A DNA stretch of 64,000 bases from Bacteroidia bacterium. Lineage in GTDB: Bacteria > Bacteroidota > Bacteroidia > AKYH767-A > 2013-40CM-41-45. Shown here one piece after another: positions 37,353-46,865 of this stretch. The DNA is taken from contig DAOQWA010000007.1 of the NCBI GenBank assembly GCA_035341855.1, positions 18,646 to 82,645 of the forward strand. Direction: 5' to 3'. Within the stretch, counting starts at the first letter, position 1, and each line of letters begins with the position of its first letter. Made by a program: the position numbers and the translations under genes. Below the pieces are notes generated by a model. It was not told the origin of the DNA and did not search any database. It saw only the letters and a program-made list of their open reading frames with translations.

Positions 37353-38762
37353 ATGTCAGAAATATTTTCTTTGCTTAAACATGAGTTCTGCCTTATAGGC
37401 ATGATAGTGTTTTTGCTGCTAATTAAAATTCGGTCAAAAGAGTGGTCAGGCGAATCCTTGATCAGGATGATGAATGTGTTTTTAGTTTTCAATCTGATTT
37501 TCGGTTTCTTTTATAATTCAACAGGAGAGTTGTTCGACAGTATGTTTCGTAATTCGGGGCTGATTGCCTTTGAAAAGAACATTCTTAACCTGGCCTTATT
37601 GATCATTCACTTGCAGTCCGTAGCATGGATGAAAGGACATAAGCACCTGACGGAATTTTATCTGCTTTTGCTTAGCTCTATGACAGGTATGTTCTTCCTG
37701 CTTTCGAGCGGGAACTGGTTGATGTTTTATCTTGCATTGGAACTTTCAACAATTCCGCTGGCTGCACTCTGTAATTTCGATCTTGAAAAAAAGCGATCCG
37801 GAGAGGCTGCAATGAAGATGATTATGTCCTCGGGATTTTCATCCTGTATTTTATTATTTGGGCTCTCATTATTATACGGCAGTACAGGAACAATTGATTT
37901 TGCTGAGATGGCTTCGGCAATCGAGGGTACCCCTTTGCAGATATTGGCATTTATATTTGTATTCACAGGATTTGCATTTAAGCTTTCGGTAGCGCCATTT
38001 CACTTTTGGACTGCCGATGTCTATGAAGGATCACCTGTTGCTATAACGGCTTATTTGTCGGTTGTTTCTAAAGGGACCGTTGTGTTTGTTTTAGCTTCGA
38101 TATTTTATACCGTATTTAATGGGATAAGTGAAATATGGTATGATGTGCTCGTCATTTCAGCCGTTATAACTATGACTATTGGAAATTTGTTTGCCTTGCG
38201 TCAGAATAATATGAAAAGGTTTCTGGCCTTTTCATCTATTGCTCAGGTTGCCTATCTGCTTATTGGTATCTCAGGCTCATCAGATTTGGGGATGAGTTCT
38301 TCAATTTATTTTGTGTTGATCTACGTATTCTCGAATTTGGGAGCATTTGCCGTTGTGGCACATATTTCTGCTCACACCGGTAAGGAGAATATCGGTGACT
38401 ACAATGGTTTGTACAAGTCAAATCCGGGAATGAGCTGGTTGTTGGGTATTTCGTTATTCTCTCTGGCGGGAATTCCACCTACTGCAGGTTTTTTTGGAAA
38501 GTTGTTCTTGTTGACAGCAGGGGCTGAGGTAGGGAATTGGCCACTGATCATCTTTGCAGCACTTAATATGGTAGTATCGCTTTATTACTATTTACGGGTG
38601 ATCCGAGCGGTGTTTATGGAAGATGAGATTCAGCCATTGTCAAAGTTAGATATTGGAACTTCTTCAAAAATAGCAATGTTGTTTTGCGTGAGTGGAATAT
38701 TGCTGCTTGGTTTCACCTCCGGATTGTACGAGTACATTCTTTCATTGAGTTACGGACTTTAG
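37353..38762 (+). CDS. nuoN: NADH-quinone oxidoreductase subunit N
   Basis: 469 aa antiporter-like subunit (FHFWTADVYEGSPVAITAYLSVVSKG). Confidence 0.9.
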   Translation: MSEIFSLLKHEFCLIGMIVFLLLIKIRSKEWSGESLIRMMNVFLVFNLIFGFFYNSTGELFDSMFRNSGLIAFEKNILNLALLIIHLQSVAWMKGHKHLTEFYLLLLSSMTGMFFLLSSGNWLMFYLALELSTIPLAALCNFDLEKKRSGEAAMKMIMSSGFSSCILLFGLSLLYGSTGTIDFAEMASAIEGTPLQILAFIFVFTGFAFKLSVAPFHFWTADVYEGSPVAITAYLSVVSKGTVVFVLASIFYTVFNGISEIWYDVLVISAVITMTIGNLFALRQNNMKRFLAFSSIAQVAYLLIGISGSSDLGMSSSIYFVLIYVFSNLGAFAVVAHISAHTGKENIGDYNGLYKSNPGMSWLLGISLFSLAGIPPTAGFFGKLFLLTAGAEVGNWPLIIFAALNMVVSLYYYLRVIRAVFMEDEIQPLSKLDIGTSSKIAMLFCVSGILLLGFTSGLYEYILSLSYGL

Positions 38763-38789
38763 TAAATACGGGAATTAGATAATATCGCC

Positions 38790-39167
38790 ATGGCTATCAA
38801 TAAAAATCATGAGTTCGACGATCTTGAAGGTGTTAAATGTGCCATTGTAGAAAAAAATGTCTCTGAGGAAAGGAAGCTGTTCTTAAAAAAACTTTTGGAG
38901 TTTAATGGCTACACAGTAATTGTCGTTCCGAGTCCGGCCACCAAAGCTCAACCTATTGCTGCAGCGGAAGGGGAAGAGTCAAAAGTAGTAGAGGCACAAC
39001 CTAAGACCTATACGGTAGGTGTTACAGACACTGTCTTTAACACTACAAATGCCATATACGGTCGTCTACTACGCACACCATCAGGTAGGGTGGTAACGAT
39101 GGCTTACTGGAAGGAAAAGGAGTCGGAAGCCAGCGATAATATTCCTTATTACGAGAGGAATATCTAA
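38790..39167 (+). CDS. hypothetical soluble protein immediately downstream of nuoN (possibly co-transcribed)
   Basis: 125-aa ORF with ATG start, 27 nt after the nuoN stop. No recognisable motif. Confidence 0.45.
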   Translation: MAINKNHEFDDLEGVKCAIVEKNVSEERKLFLKKLLEFNGYTVIVVPSPATKAQPIAAAEGEESKVVEAQPKTYTVGVTDTVFNTTNAIYGRLLRTPSGRVVTMAYWKEKESEASDNIPYYERNI

Positions 39168-39203
39168 TCTGAAGCTAGATCAATTATCTGATTAATGACT
39201 TTT

Positions 39204-40637
39204 TTATTGGTTGTAAAAAATCGGAGTGCTATAACCTTCTGATCTTTTTAAGGGTTCTCCGCTGATATCAGGCAATGAAAAATAAAAGGTAGCCCCGACA
39301 TTAGATTCTGCTTCTGCCCAAACTTTTCCTCCGTGACGTTCAATAATGCGTTTAACGATACTTAGTCCGACACCTGTTCCCGTAAATTCATCGGAAGTAT
39401 GAAGTCGACTAAAGACACCGAATAATTTTTTATAATATTTCATGTCAAATCCGGCGCCATTATCTTTTACAAAATATATTTGTTCATTATTTTTGAAGTA
39501 GTTGCCAATTCGAATGAGAGGGCTGTCTTTCTTACCGGAATATTTCAATGAATTAGAAATTAAGTTGACCCATACCTGGTAAATCAGTTGCTTGTCACAA
39601 TAGGATTCAGCGAGTTTGTCGAGTTGGACGGATGTCTTTAGGTCCGGGTCTCTTGGCAGGAGTTCAAACAAGATCCGGTCTACCATTTCACTCATATTAA
39701 CTTTTTCTTTTAGGATCTCCTGTTTACCTATTTTTGAAAATTCCAGTAATTCCTCAACCAAAGTATGAATTTTAGTTGTGCTGGAAATTATTCTGGATAG
39801 GAGTCCTTTCGCCTCTTCCGGAAGATGAGACTCATATTCCATCTGTAAGATTTCTGTCAGGGTAGATATTCCTCTCAAGGGAGATCTCAAATCGTGTGAT
39901 ACCGTATGATTGAAAGCACTTAGTTCATGGTTAGCTGCCTCAATCTCTTCCAATTTAGATTTCAGTTGATTGTTCAGGTGCAAGATCTCTTTCTCTTGCT
40001 TGATTCTAAAGTCAATATCCCGAACAACACATTGAAAACCGTCAACTCTGTCACCTTTCATCCTCAGAATAACAGTCTGCTCAACCCATCTGGAATTTCC
40101 TTGTTTGTCAATTATTTCAAAATCAGAAATCGTCTCCGGGATCTTGTTCTCAAATTGGGATAAGTAGAATTCAGCAACCTTCTTTAGCATTGACGGTTTA
40201 ATCAATGTTGTAAAATGAGCTCCGATCAATTCATCCGGCTTATAGCCATAAACTGTCTCAATCCTTCTGTTGAAATAAATAAAAGTTCCTTTATAATCAG
40301 TCATGTAAATGACTTCAGCGGCATCTTCAATTAAACTCTTGAATTTCTCGTTCTTTTTTTCACTAAGATCTCTAAGGCTTTGGTCAGTCTTTAATCCTAG
40401 AATCAGTCCGGCAAACATAAGGACCAGGGGAGCCAGGTCGATGATTTGTAATAAGACGTTGTGAAGATGTAAATGCAGAATAGCATCAAGAGTAATGCTT
40501 TGGGAGTTTTCGGCAAGAGCCAGAAGGGTGCCGGCGATTGGAAAGGTAAAACCCAGAAAAAGACCGCAGAACCCAAATTGAAGAGCATTTTTTGAAAAAT
40601 TTCTTCCTTGGGGAGTGTAATTTGGCTTTAGTATCAT
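39204..40637 (-). CDS. membrane-anchored PAS-domain sensor histidine kinase
   Basis: N-terminal TM segments, a PAS-like region, HisKA H-box (HDLRSPLRGIS) and HATPase_c (DNGAGFD...GTGVGLSIVKRIIERHGG). Confidence 0.85.
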   Translation of the reverse strand: MILKPNYTPQGRNFSKNALQFGFCGLFLGFTFPIAGTLLALAENSQSITLDAILHLHLHNVLLQIIDLAPLVLMFAGLILGLKTDQSLRDLSEKKNEKFKSLIEDAAEVIYMTDYKGTFIYFNRRIETVYGYKPDELIGAHFTTLIKPSMLKKVAEFYLSQFENKIPETISDFEIIDKQGNSRWVEQTVILRMKGDRVDGFQCVVRDIDFRIKQEKEILHLNNQLKSKLEEIEAANHELSAFNHTVSHDLRSPLRGISTLTEILQMEYESHLPEEAKGLLSRIISSTTKIHTLVEELLEFSKIGKQEILKEKVNMSEMVDRILFELLPRDPDLKTSVQLDKLAESYCDKQLIYQVWVNLISNSLKYSGKKDSPLIRIGNYFKNNEQIYFVKDNGAGFDMKYYKKLFGVFSRLHTSDEFTGTGVGLSIVKRIIERHGGKVWAEAESNVGATFYFSLPDISGEPLKRSEGYSTPIFYNQ

Positions 40638-40827
40638 TTACTGTTTTATTTCAATATTCGCTTCATGCAGAACCGAATAATTAGAAACCCCAAGCTCACC
40701 AGGTTCATCATTACTCTAGCCGGTCGCAACAGCTAGAAATATGTAAATCATTGAATCCTGGTATAGTGAGCCATTATGAGCTTTATTTTCACATAGCTCC
40801 GGGGTTAACAGCATTGATACTTTAAAA

Positions 40828-41259
40828 CTATTTAAATGTTGCGTTCACTTCTGCATTGAGTTCATGAAGCTGTTCGCGACTAAGAGGTTTGATTAGGTGC
40901 TTGATAATATGTTGGTCCTTATGGATCCTTTGAATATCCTCCTCCTTAATTGCTGAGGTGAGCATCACCACCTTGCAGTTTTGAATCACTGAGTCGGGAA
41001 GTTGCCTGAATGTTTCCATAAAATCGAAACCATCCATTGCGGGCATATTTATATCTAAAAATATAAATTGTGGTAAAGAAGTAGGGTGTTGACTGTTTTC
41101 TTCAAGGTATTCCAGGGCTTTCTTTGCGGAATTAAATTCCATGATATCTGATGCAAATTGTGAGCCGGTTAACATTCTTTTGCTAATGAATGCATCAACT
41201 TCTGTATCATCAATAAGCATCACCCTTCTTGCATTCAAATTTTTCTCACTCGAGGTCAT
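40828..41259 (-). CDS. stand-alone response-regulator receiver (CheY-like) protein
   Basis: VMLIDDTEVDAFISKRML...FLDINMPAMDGFDF...VVMLTSA. There is no output domain. Confidence 0.8.
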   Translation of the reverse strand: MTSSEKNLNARRVMLIDDTEVDAFISKRMLTGSQFASDIMEFNSAKKALEYLEENSQHPTSLPQFIFLDINMPAMDGFDFMETFRQLPDSVIQNCKVVMLTSAIKEEDIQRIHKDQHIIKHLIKPLSREQLHELNAEVNATFK

Positions 41260-41391
41260 TTATTCTGGTATTTAATAATAATATCAATTCTGTATAGTCT
41301 TTCAAATTTTTCAATATCCGGATTTTCTATTCATTCCGTTAAGGATCAATTTTTTACCGTCCGGGTCGCAGTTAAATTGAATGCTTTTATG

Positions 41392-41781
41392 TCAGGAGAC
41401 CGGAATTTTACCTTGCAACGAAGTAATAATATCTCCGATGCGATCAAGTTCCGTTGACTTATCGAGAAAATGATCGGCTCCAAGACCAAGGCACAATTCC
41501 TTATATTGCATTGTCGGATAGTTAGTAAGCATTACCACACGAGAATCCTTATGAGTGGTCTTGATCCGTTTTAATACTTCAATTCCGTTGATGCCGGGCA
41601 TTTTGATGTCGAGGAGGACCAGTTCAGGATTAATTAATTTCATCAGGGTAAATGCCTCTTCTCCATTTTTGGCATGAGCTATTGATTTAATAAAATGAAT
41701 CTCACTCAGAATTGAATATAATCTTTGAACGATCAGATTGGAGTCTTCTACGACCATCACTTTAACTTTTCTCTCCTCCAT
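41392..41781 (-). CDS. stand-alone response-regulator receiver protein
   Basis: KVMVVEDSNLIVQRL...VLLDIKMPGINGIEVL...VVMLTN. There is no output domain. Confidence 0.8.
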   Translation of the reverse strand: MEERKVKVMVVEDSNLIVQRLYSILSEIHFIKSIAHAKNGEEAFTLMKLINPELVLLDIKMPGINGIEVLKRIKTTHKDSRVVMLTNYPTMQYKELCLGLGADHFLDKSTELDRIGDIITSLQGKIPVS

Positions 41782-42065
41782 GGTTATTATTTGGCAGCGC
41801 GAAGAAATAAAAACTTTCTTTTGCTTGTACCTTGAAACGCAAAGTTCAGCCCTAAAGTTTATTGAAATTTATGTAGTTGTTTGCACTACAAGCTTTCAGC
41901 AGGTTCCGGTTGAGGAAATTATAATCTGTGTTAAAAAAATTGTGTCTCAGATTTTCAAACCTGCCGGGCTTTATTGTAAGGGAAGATTTGTTATCGGTAA
42001 ATTGATTGAAAGTTCAGCCTGTGAAAAGAATTATTATTAGGCATCTGCACATTTGTGCTTTCCGG

Positions 42066-42725
42066 TCAATTCAGCAAATTATTTGAAAGAGCATAATGTG
42101 TCAGTTCAGAACTGGAACGCATCTGCATCTTTTCCAAGAGCCGCATTCTATAGGTACTGATAGTATTCACGCTTAAAGACAGGTTTTCAGCGATTTCAGT
42201 TACTGACTTACCTGATGCAATCAGTTTCAATACATCAAATTCACGGTCAGAAAGTAATTCGTGTGGCATTCCGGAATGTCCTTTTTCTACTGAATATAGA
42301 AGTTTTTCTGCCACCGAATTATTGATGTACTTATGACCTTTCAGGATTTGTTCAACTGCTTTTACCAATTCATCAGGTGCGCTCTCTTTTGTCAAATATC
42401 CTGATGCTCCTGCCTTTAGAACACGCACTGCATATTGATCTTCCGAATGAATGCTTAATACTAAGACAGGAATTTGTGGAACTTCGATATTAAGTTGTTT
42501 TAAAGTGTCAAGGCCATTTTTACCGGGCATTGACAAGTCTGTAATAATTATATCCCAGTTTTGGCGTTTGGCATGAAGCAAAAGTTCTGTACCATCAGAA
42601 GCTTCAGTAAATTGAGCACTGCGAAAATGATCCATTAGAATTTGGATAAGGCCCTTTCTAACGACAGTATGGTCGTCAGCAATTAATATACGTAGTGCTG
42701 CATCCATGTTATTAGTTAGTGACAC
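42066..42725 (-). CDS. NarL/FixJ (LuxR-HTH) family response regulator
   Basis: REC domain (ILIADDHTVVRKGL...IITDLSMPGKNG) plus a C-terminal LuxR HTH (LSDREFDVLKLIASGKSVTEIAENLSLSVNTISTYRMRLLEKM). Confidence 0.9.
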   Translation of the reverse strand: MSLTNNMDAALRILIADDHTVVRKGLIQILMDHFRSAQFTEASDGTELLLHAKRQNWDIIITDLSMPGKNGLDTLKQLNIEVPQIPVLVLSIHSEDQYAVRVLKAGASGYLTKESAPDELVKAVEQILKGHKYINNSVAEKLLYSVEKGHSGMPHELLSDREFDVLKLIASGKSVTEIAENLSLSVNTISTYRMRLLEKMQMRSSSELTHYALSNNLLN

Positions 42726-43074
42726 CCAATTATCCTATCATGTATACTGTTTTTTTAAATTATAATATAGTAGAAATTTTGATTCCAATTAATTAATAAA
42801 TATCAATTTTCTATCTGTATCTATTAAACACTGGAACTACTATATTTCATTCTAAAGAACAAATTGATTAAAGTTTAAAACAATTGCTGTAGCAGCGTAA
42901 ACCAATACACTAAAGATATAATTTAATTTTTTGATTCCCAAAAATAATCATTCGATTTTATTGAAATTTTAAGGATTTCTGTCTTTTTCCTGAGCTATGT
43001 TTAGTTAATTCCTTTCCTGATCAAAGTCATTTAATCGTCTGAGTATGGTCATATAGGGAATGAGATGTCAGGTA

Positions 43075-43112
43075 TACTTTTGGTTTGAGTTTTTATTCAG
43101 GTTTTTATTCAA
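43075..43112 (+). promoter_or_regulatory. candidate nos promoter: TAnnTTTG -7-like element followed by a tandem direct repeat GTTTTTATTCA x2
   Basis: TACTTTTG lies at 43075-43082. It is followed by gtttttattca-g-gtttttattca at 43089-43111, about 55-75 nt upstream of the cytochrome c ATG and in the AT-rich divergent region shared with the LuxR-type regulator gene. Confidence 0.3.
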
Positions 43113-43164
43113 AGTAATTAAACACAGTGTCAAATAGAGTTTGAATTAATTTAAAAAAAATATT

Positions 43165-43692
43165 ATGATAACAGGCTTAGAAAGCAAATATTTTACAGCA
43201 ATAAAAAAAATCAGCATTCTTATTCTCTTAGCAGTTTTATCTGTCTCATTGTACAGTTGTTCATCATCTAATGAAGAATCTTCGACAGAATCAAGCGAAT
43301 CTACTGAGTCGGGAAACTTAATGAAAGATGCCGAAGAAATGGAAGATGATGGTATGGGCTTTGGTCCGGTAAAAAGCCTAAGCATTCCTGCTGAAATAGA
43401 CGAAGCTCTTGCGGCTGAAGGAATGAAGCATTTTGAGGCAAAGTGTACTGCTTGCCATAAGTTTGAAAAAGAAAAGTATGTAGGTCCCGGATTGTTAGGC
43501 GTGACCAAAAGACGTAAGCCTGAATGGATCATGAACATGATCCTGAACCCACAGGAAATGACTCAAAGAGATCCTGTAGCAAAGGAGCTTTTTGCGACGT
43601 ATCTCACGCAAATGACCAATCAGAATGTCACCGAGCCGGAAGCCAGAAGCATGTATGAGTACTTCAGAAAGATGGACGCTACATCAAATTAA
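43165..43692 (+). CDS. lipoprotein mono-haem c-type cytochrome (nos-associated)
   Basis: Lipoprotein signal (LLAVLSVSLYSC) and a single CTACHK haem-binding motif in a class I cytochrome c fold context. It sits immediately upstream of nosZ, as is typical of clade II clusters. Confidence 0.8.
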   Translation: MITGLESKYFTAIKKISILILLAVLSVSLYSCSSSNEESSTESSESTESGNLMKDAEEMEDDGMGFGPVKSLSIPAEIDEALAAEGMKHFEAKCTACHKFEKEKYVGPGLLGVTKRRKPEWIMNMILNPQEMTQRDPVAKELFATYLTQMTNQNVTEPEARSMYEYFRKMDATSN

Positions 43693-43735
43693 TTTGTCAA
43701 TTCCAATTACACCTACAAAAACAGGAGGAATATCT

Positions 43736-45700
43736 ATGAAAAATGTAACATTGAATAAATTATCAACATCAATCTTATTACTTGCAACTGTTTTTCTTGC
43801 CTCTTGTGGCGGAGGGAGGGAGAAAAAGCAAGTGACATCAAATGATGCCGCTTCCAAAGTGTATGTCGCACCCGGCAAGCTTGACGAGTTTTATGAATTT
43901 TTATCAGGTGGGTTCAGCGGACAGATAGGAGTTTATGGACTTCCTTCCTGCCGTTTGTTGAAAGTCATACCTGTTTTCGCAGTTAATGCCGAAAATGGAT
44001 GGGGATTTACAGAAGAGACCAAGCCAATGTTGAACAGTACTCATGGTTTTGTTCCCTGGGACGATTCCCACCACCCCGAACTTTCAATGACTGATGGTAG
44101 TCCTGACGGGCGTTGGTTGTTTATCAATTCCAATAATACACCCAGGATAGCAAGGATTAATCTATCAACATTTCGAACAGAGGAAATTCTTGAAATACCA
44201 AATAGCGGAGGAAATCATAGCTCTCCTTTTGCAACAGAAAATACAGAGTATGTTGTAGCGGGTACACGATTTAGTGTTCCTATCGAGGGTAATAAAGATA
44301 TTCCAATTTCTACGTACAAAGAGAATTTTCAGGGAACATTAACTTTCGTAAAAGTAGATAAAGATCATGGCGACATGGATGTTGCATTTCAAATTATGAT
44401 GCCGCCATTCGATTTTGACCTCAGCCATTGTGGAAAAGGTCCTTCAAGCGGTTGGTTCTTTTTTTCATGCTATAATTCTGAGCGTGCTCACACACTTTTA
44501 GAGGCAAATGCTTCTCAAAACGATAAAGACTTTATCGTAGCTGTGAACTGGAAGTTGGCTGAAAAGTATTTAGCCGAAGGCAAAGCAAAAGATTTTCCGG
44601 GCGAATATTACAGCAATCGTTATGACGACAGGAAACATTCAGCCAAGTCAACAATTCACCGCTCAACTAAAATGCTTTATCCAAAGGACTGTCCGGATAT
44701 GATTTACCTGATGCCTTGTCCGAAGTCCCCACACGGAGCTGATGTAGATCCTACAGGAGAGTATATTGTTGGAGGAGGTAAGTTGTCTACAGTTATCCCT
44801 GTGTTCTCTTTCAGTAAAATGCAGGCAGCCATTGCTGCTAAAGATTTCATCGGTGAAGTCGACGGATTGCCGATTCTTAAATATGAATCAGTGATAGGTG
44901 GTGAAGTTCAAAAGCCGGGCCTCGGTCCTTTACATACTGAGTTCGACGGCAAAGGCTTTGCTTATACATCAATGTTCGTTTCATCGGAAGTTGTGAAGTG
45001 GAAGCTTGGAACCTGGGAGGTCGTTGATAGAATTCCCACATATTATTCAATCGGACACCTTTCTATACCCGGCGGTGATTCAAAGACACCTTGGGCAAAA
45101 TATTTAGTTGCCATGAACAAAATTACGAAGGACAGATATCTGCTCACAGGTCCTGAATTAAATCAAAGTGCGCAGCTTATTGACATCACCGGTGATAAGA
45201 TGAAGCTGTTGAATGACTTCCCTACTGTAGGTGAACCACACTATGCACAAGGTATACCTGCTGATCTGGTAATGAAAAATCAGGTGAAGGTGTTCAAGCT
45301 TGAAGATAATGAGCATCCTTATGCATGTAAATCAGAAAAAGATGCGCGTGTTGAGAAGAAGGGTAAAACTGTTCATGTATACATGACAAGCATCAGGTCA
45401 CATTTTTATCCTGACAATATTGAAGGAGTAACAGTAGGGGATACAGTTTATTTCCATGTTACCAATTTGGAGCAGGATTGGGATACTCCTCACGGTTTTG
45501 CTATCAAAGGTTCCACTGACGCTGAATTGCTGATCATGCCGGGTGAGACTGCCACATTAAAATTCATTGCTAAGAAGCCTGACATTTATCCATTTTACTG
45601 TACAGATTTTTGCTCTGCACTCCATCAGGAAATGCAAGGATACCTTAGGGTTTCGCCTGTCAGCTCTAATGTCCCGATTACCTATTCGACAGGCAAATAA
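43736..45700 (+). CDS. nosZ: nitrous-oxide reductase, clade II (Sec/lipoprotein-type)
   Basis: Start placed at ATG 43736, preceded by AGGAGG. Signal with lipobox (LLLATVFLASCGGG) and no twin-arginine motif. A beta-propeller region with CuZ-type histidines (WDDSHHPELSMTDG). C-terminal cupredoxin CuA motif H..(34)..C..FCSALH..M. Confidence 0.95.
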   Translation: MKNVTLNKLSTSILLLATVFLASCGGGREKKQVTSNDAASKVYVAPGKLDEFYEFLSGGFSGQIGVYGLPSCRLLKVIPVFAVNAENGWGFTEETKPMLNSTHGFVPWDDSHHPELSMTDGSPDGRWLFINSNNTPRIARINLSTFRTEEILEIPNSGGNHSSPFATENTEYVVAGTRFSVPIEGNKDIPISTYKENFQGTLTFVKVDKDHGDMDVAFQIMMPPFDFDLSHCGKGPSSGWFFFSCYNSERAHTLLEANASQNDKDFIVAVNWKLAEKYLAEGKAKDFPGEYYSNRYDDRKHSAKSTIHRSTKMLYPKDCPDMIYLMPCPKSPHGADVDPTGEYIVGGGKLSTVIPVFSFSKMQAAIAAKDFIGEVDGLPILKYESVIGGEVQKPGLGPLHTEFDGKGFAYTSMFVSSEVVKWKLGTWEVVDRIPTYYSIGHLSIPGGDSKTPWAKYLVAMNKITKDRYLLTGPELNQSAQLIDITGDKMKLLNDFPTVGEPHYAQGIPADLVMKNQVKVFKLEDNEHPYACKSEKDARVEKKGKTVHVYMTSIRSHFYPDNIEGVTVGDTVYFHVTNLEQDWDTPHGFAIKGSTDAELLIMPGETATLKFIAKKPDIYPFYCTDFCSALHQEMQGYLRVSPVSSNVPITYSTGK

Positions 45701-45714
45701 AGGAGAGAGAGTGA

Positions 45715-45745
45715 GCGGGGGGACAATGTTCCCCCGTTTGCTTTT
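45715..45745 (+). terminator. GC-rich hairpin plus T-tract after nosZ (possible partial terminator/attenuator)
   Basis: gcGGGGGGAcaatgtTCCCCCgtttgctttt lies between nosZ and the next gene. Confidence 0.45.
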
Positions 45746-45816
45746 ATTACTGCATCTAAGACATTACAATTAGAAGGGACTGATAATTGACCGTTCCATC
45801 AAAAATTAAATTTTTC

Positions 45817-46416
45817 ATGAAAAAGAGATCAGCAATACTAATAGCTCTTGCGTCCTTATTAATGATCGGGAGTTTATTCACACCGCTTTGGGATATAACC
45901 CTGGAGGCTCCACAGTATCCTGAAGGATTAGGAATGAAAATATGGCTTGCCAAGTTATCCGGTGATGTTTCTACTATCAGCGGCTTGAACCACTACATAG
46001 GGATGAAGGCAATCAGTGAGGATATGTTTCCTGAATTTGGGTATATGAAGGGCATCGTTATAGCGATCATTATTTCTGGCCTGCTCGTTGCAGTGATCCG
46101 AAAAAAATGGTTGTTTGCTTTTTGGTTCTTAAGCTTCCTGATCATTGCTGCATTAGGAGTGTATGATTTTTGGTTATGGGAATATGATTACGGACACAAT
46201 CTTGATCCCAGGGCAGCAATAAAAGTGCCCGGAATGAGTTATCAACCCCCTCTCATTGGTTGCACCGAACTGCTAAATTTTTATGCTTGTTCTTTCCCGT
46301 CAATCGGAGGATGGCTCATTGTTGTCTCCGGAACGACTTCTTTCCTGGTTTTTCTTGATGAGTTTTTTCTGGGTCGGATAAAGAGAGAAAGAACTACCAA
46401 AGTTGTGCCTGCATGA
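45817..46416 (+). CDS. NosB-like 4-TM membrane protein (clade II nos-associated)
   Basis: About 200 aa with four hydrophobic helices and no cofactor motif. Its position directly after nosZ matches nosB in clade II clusters. Start chosen at ATG 45817, since the listed ORF begins at TTG. Confidence 0.5.
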   Translation: MKKRSAILIALASLLMIGSLFTPLWDITLEAPQYPEGLGMKIWLAKLSGDVSTISGLNHYIGMKAISEDMFPEFGYMKGIVIAIIISGLLVAVIRKKWLFAFWFLSFLIIAALGVYDFWLWEYDYGHNLDPRAAIKVPGMSYQPPLIGCTELLNFYACSFPSIGGWLIVVSGTTSFLVFLDEFFLGRIKRERTTKVVPA

Positions 46417-46865
46417 AATTGAATTTTAAATTTGAAATTCATTTGATTGTCGTCCTTATAGCGACTTCTCTCATGGCTTGTACTCGCGGACCCAGTCCAA
46501 TTGAAATTGGTAAGGATCTGTGTGCACTTTGTAAAATGACCATAATGGACAAGCGCTATGGTGCAGAACTTATTACTGATAAAGGAAAAATATATAAATT
46601 TGACAGTGCTGAGTGCTTAGTTAATTATCTTAAAGAATATCCGGAAAGTGAGCATCCTCTTCAATTGATCATGGTCATTGATCATGCACTTCCCGGAGAA
46701 TTTATTAATGCGAAAGAAGCTTTTTATTTACATAGTGAGAAACTATCTAGTCCGATGGGCGCCAATGTTACTGCTTTACATTCTAAAGCTATTGCGGAGG
46801 ACTATCTTGCTCAGTATGGTGGTGAGATTTGGACCTGGGAAGAATTGTGCAGGCAAGTCCAATAA
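46413..46865 (+). CDS. nosL: copper-chaperone lipoprotein NosL
   Basis: Lipobox (SLMAC) and the NosL core DLCALCKMTIMDKRYGAELI...KFDSAECLVNY. Confidence 0.85.
   Translation: MKLNFKFEIHLIVVLIATSLMACTRGPSPIEIGKDLCALCKMTIMDKRYGAELITDKGKIYKFDSAECLVNYLKEYPESEHPLQLIMVIDHALPGEFINAKEAFYLHSEKLSSPMGANVTALHSKAIAEDYLAQYGGEIWTWEELCRQVQ

Noticed and set aside
36623-37492. Small ORFs on both strands inside nuoM and nuoN
   Set aside because: They are embedded in conserved nuo genes in other frames. Cys-rich or low-complexity translations indicate frame artefacts.
40638-40827. Possible tRNA or small RNA in the 190-bp gap between the sensor kinase and the REC gene
   Set aside because: No cloverleaf-compatible acceptor or T-arm (GGTTCGANTCC-like) is visible, only a weak 5-bp inverted repeat (CTAGC...GCTAG). 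Nothing supports an RNA gene.
41738-42040. 100-aa plus-strand ORF between the REC protein gene and the LuxR regulator gene
   Set aside because: It overlaps the 5' end of the minus-strand REC gene and an AT-rich intergenic region. It shows no motif or start context, so it is probably non-coding promoter sequence.
42726-43164. FNR/CRP-type palindrome (TTGAT-N4-ATCAA) in the nos promoter region
   Set aside because: I searched the AT-rich region. TTGAT and ATCAA half-sites occur, but only with non-canonical spacing (N11, N18), so no convincing FNR box was found. The direct repeat reported above is the better candidate.
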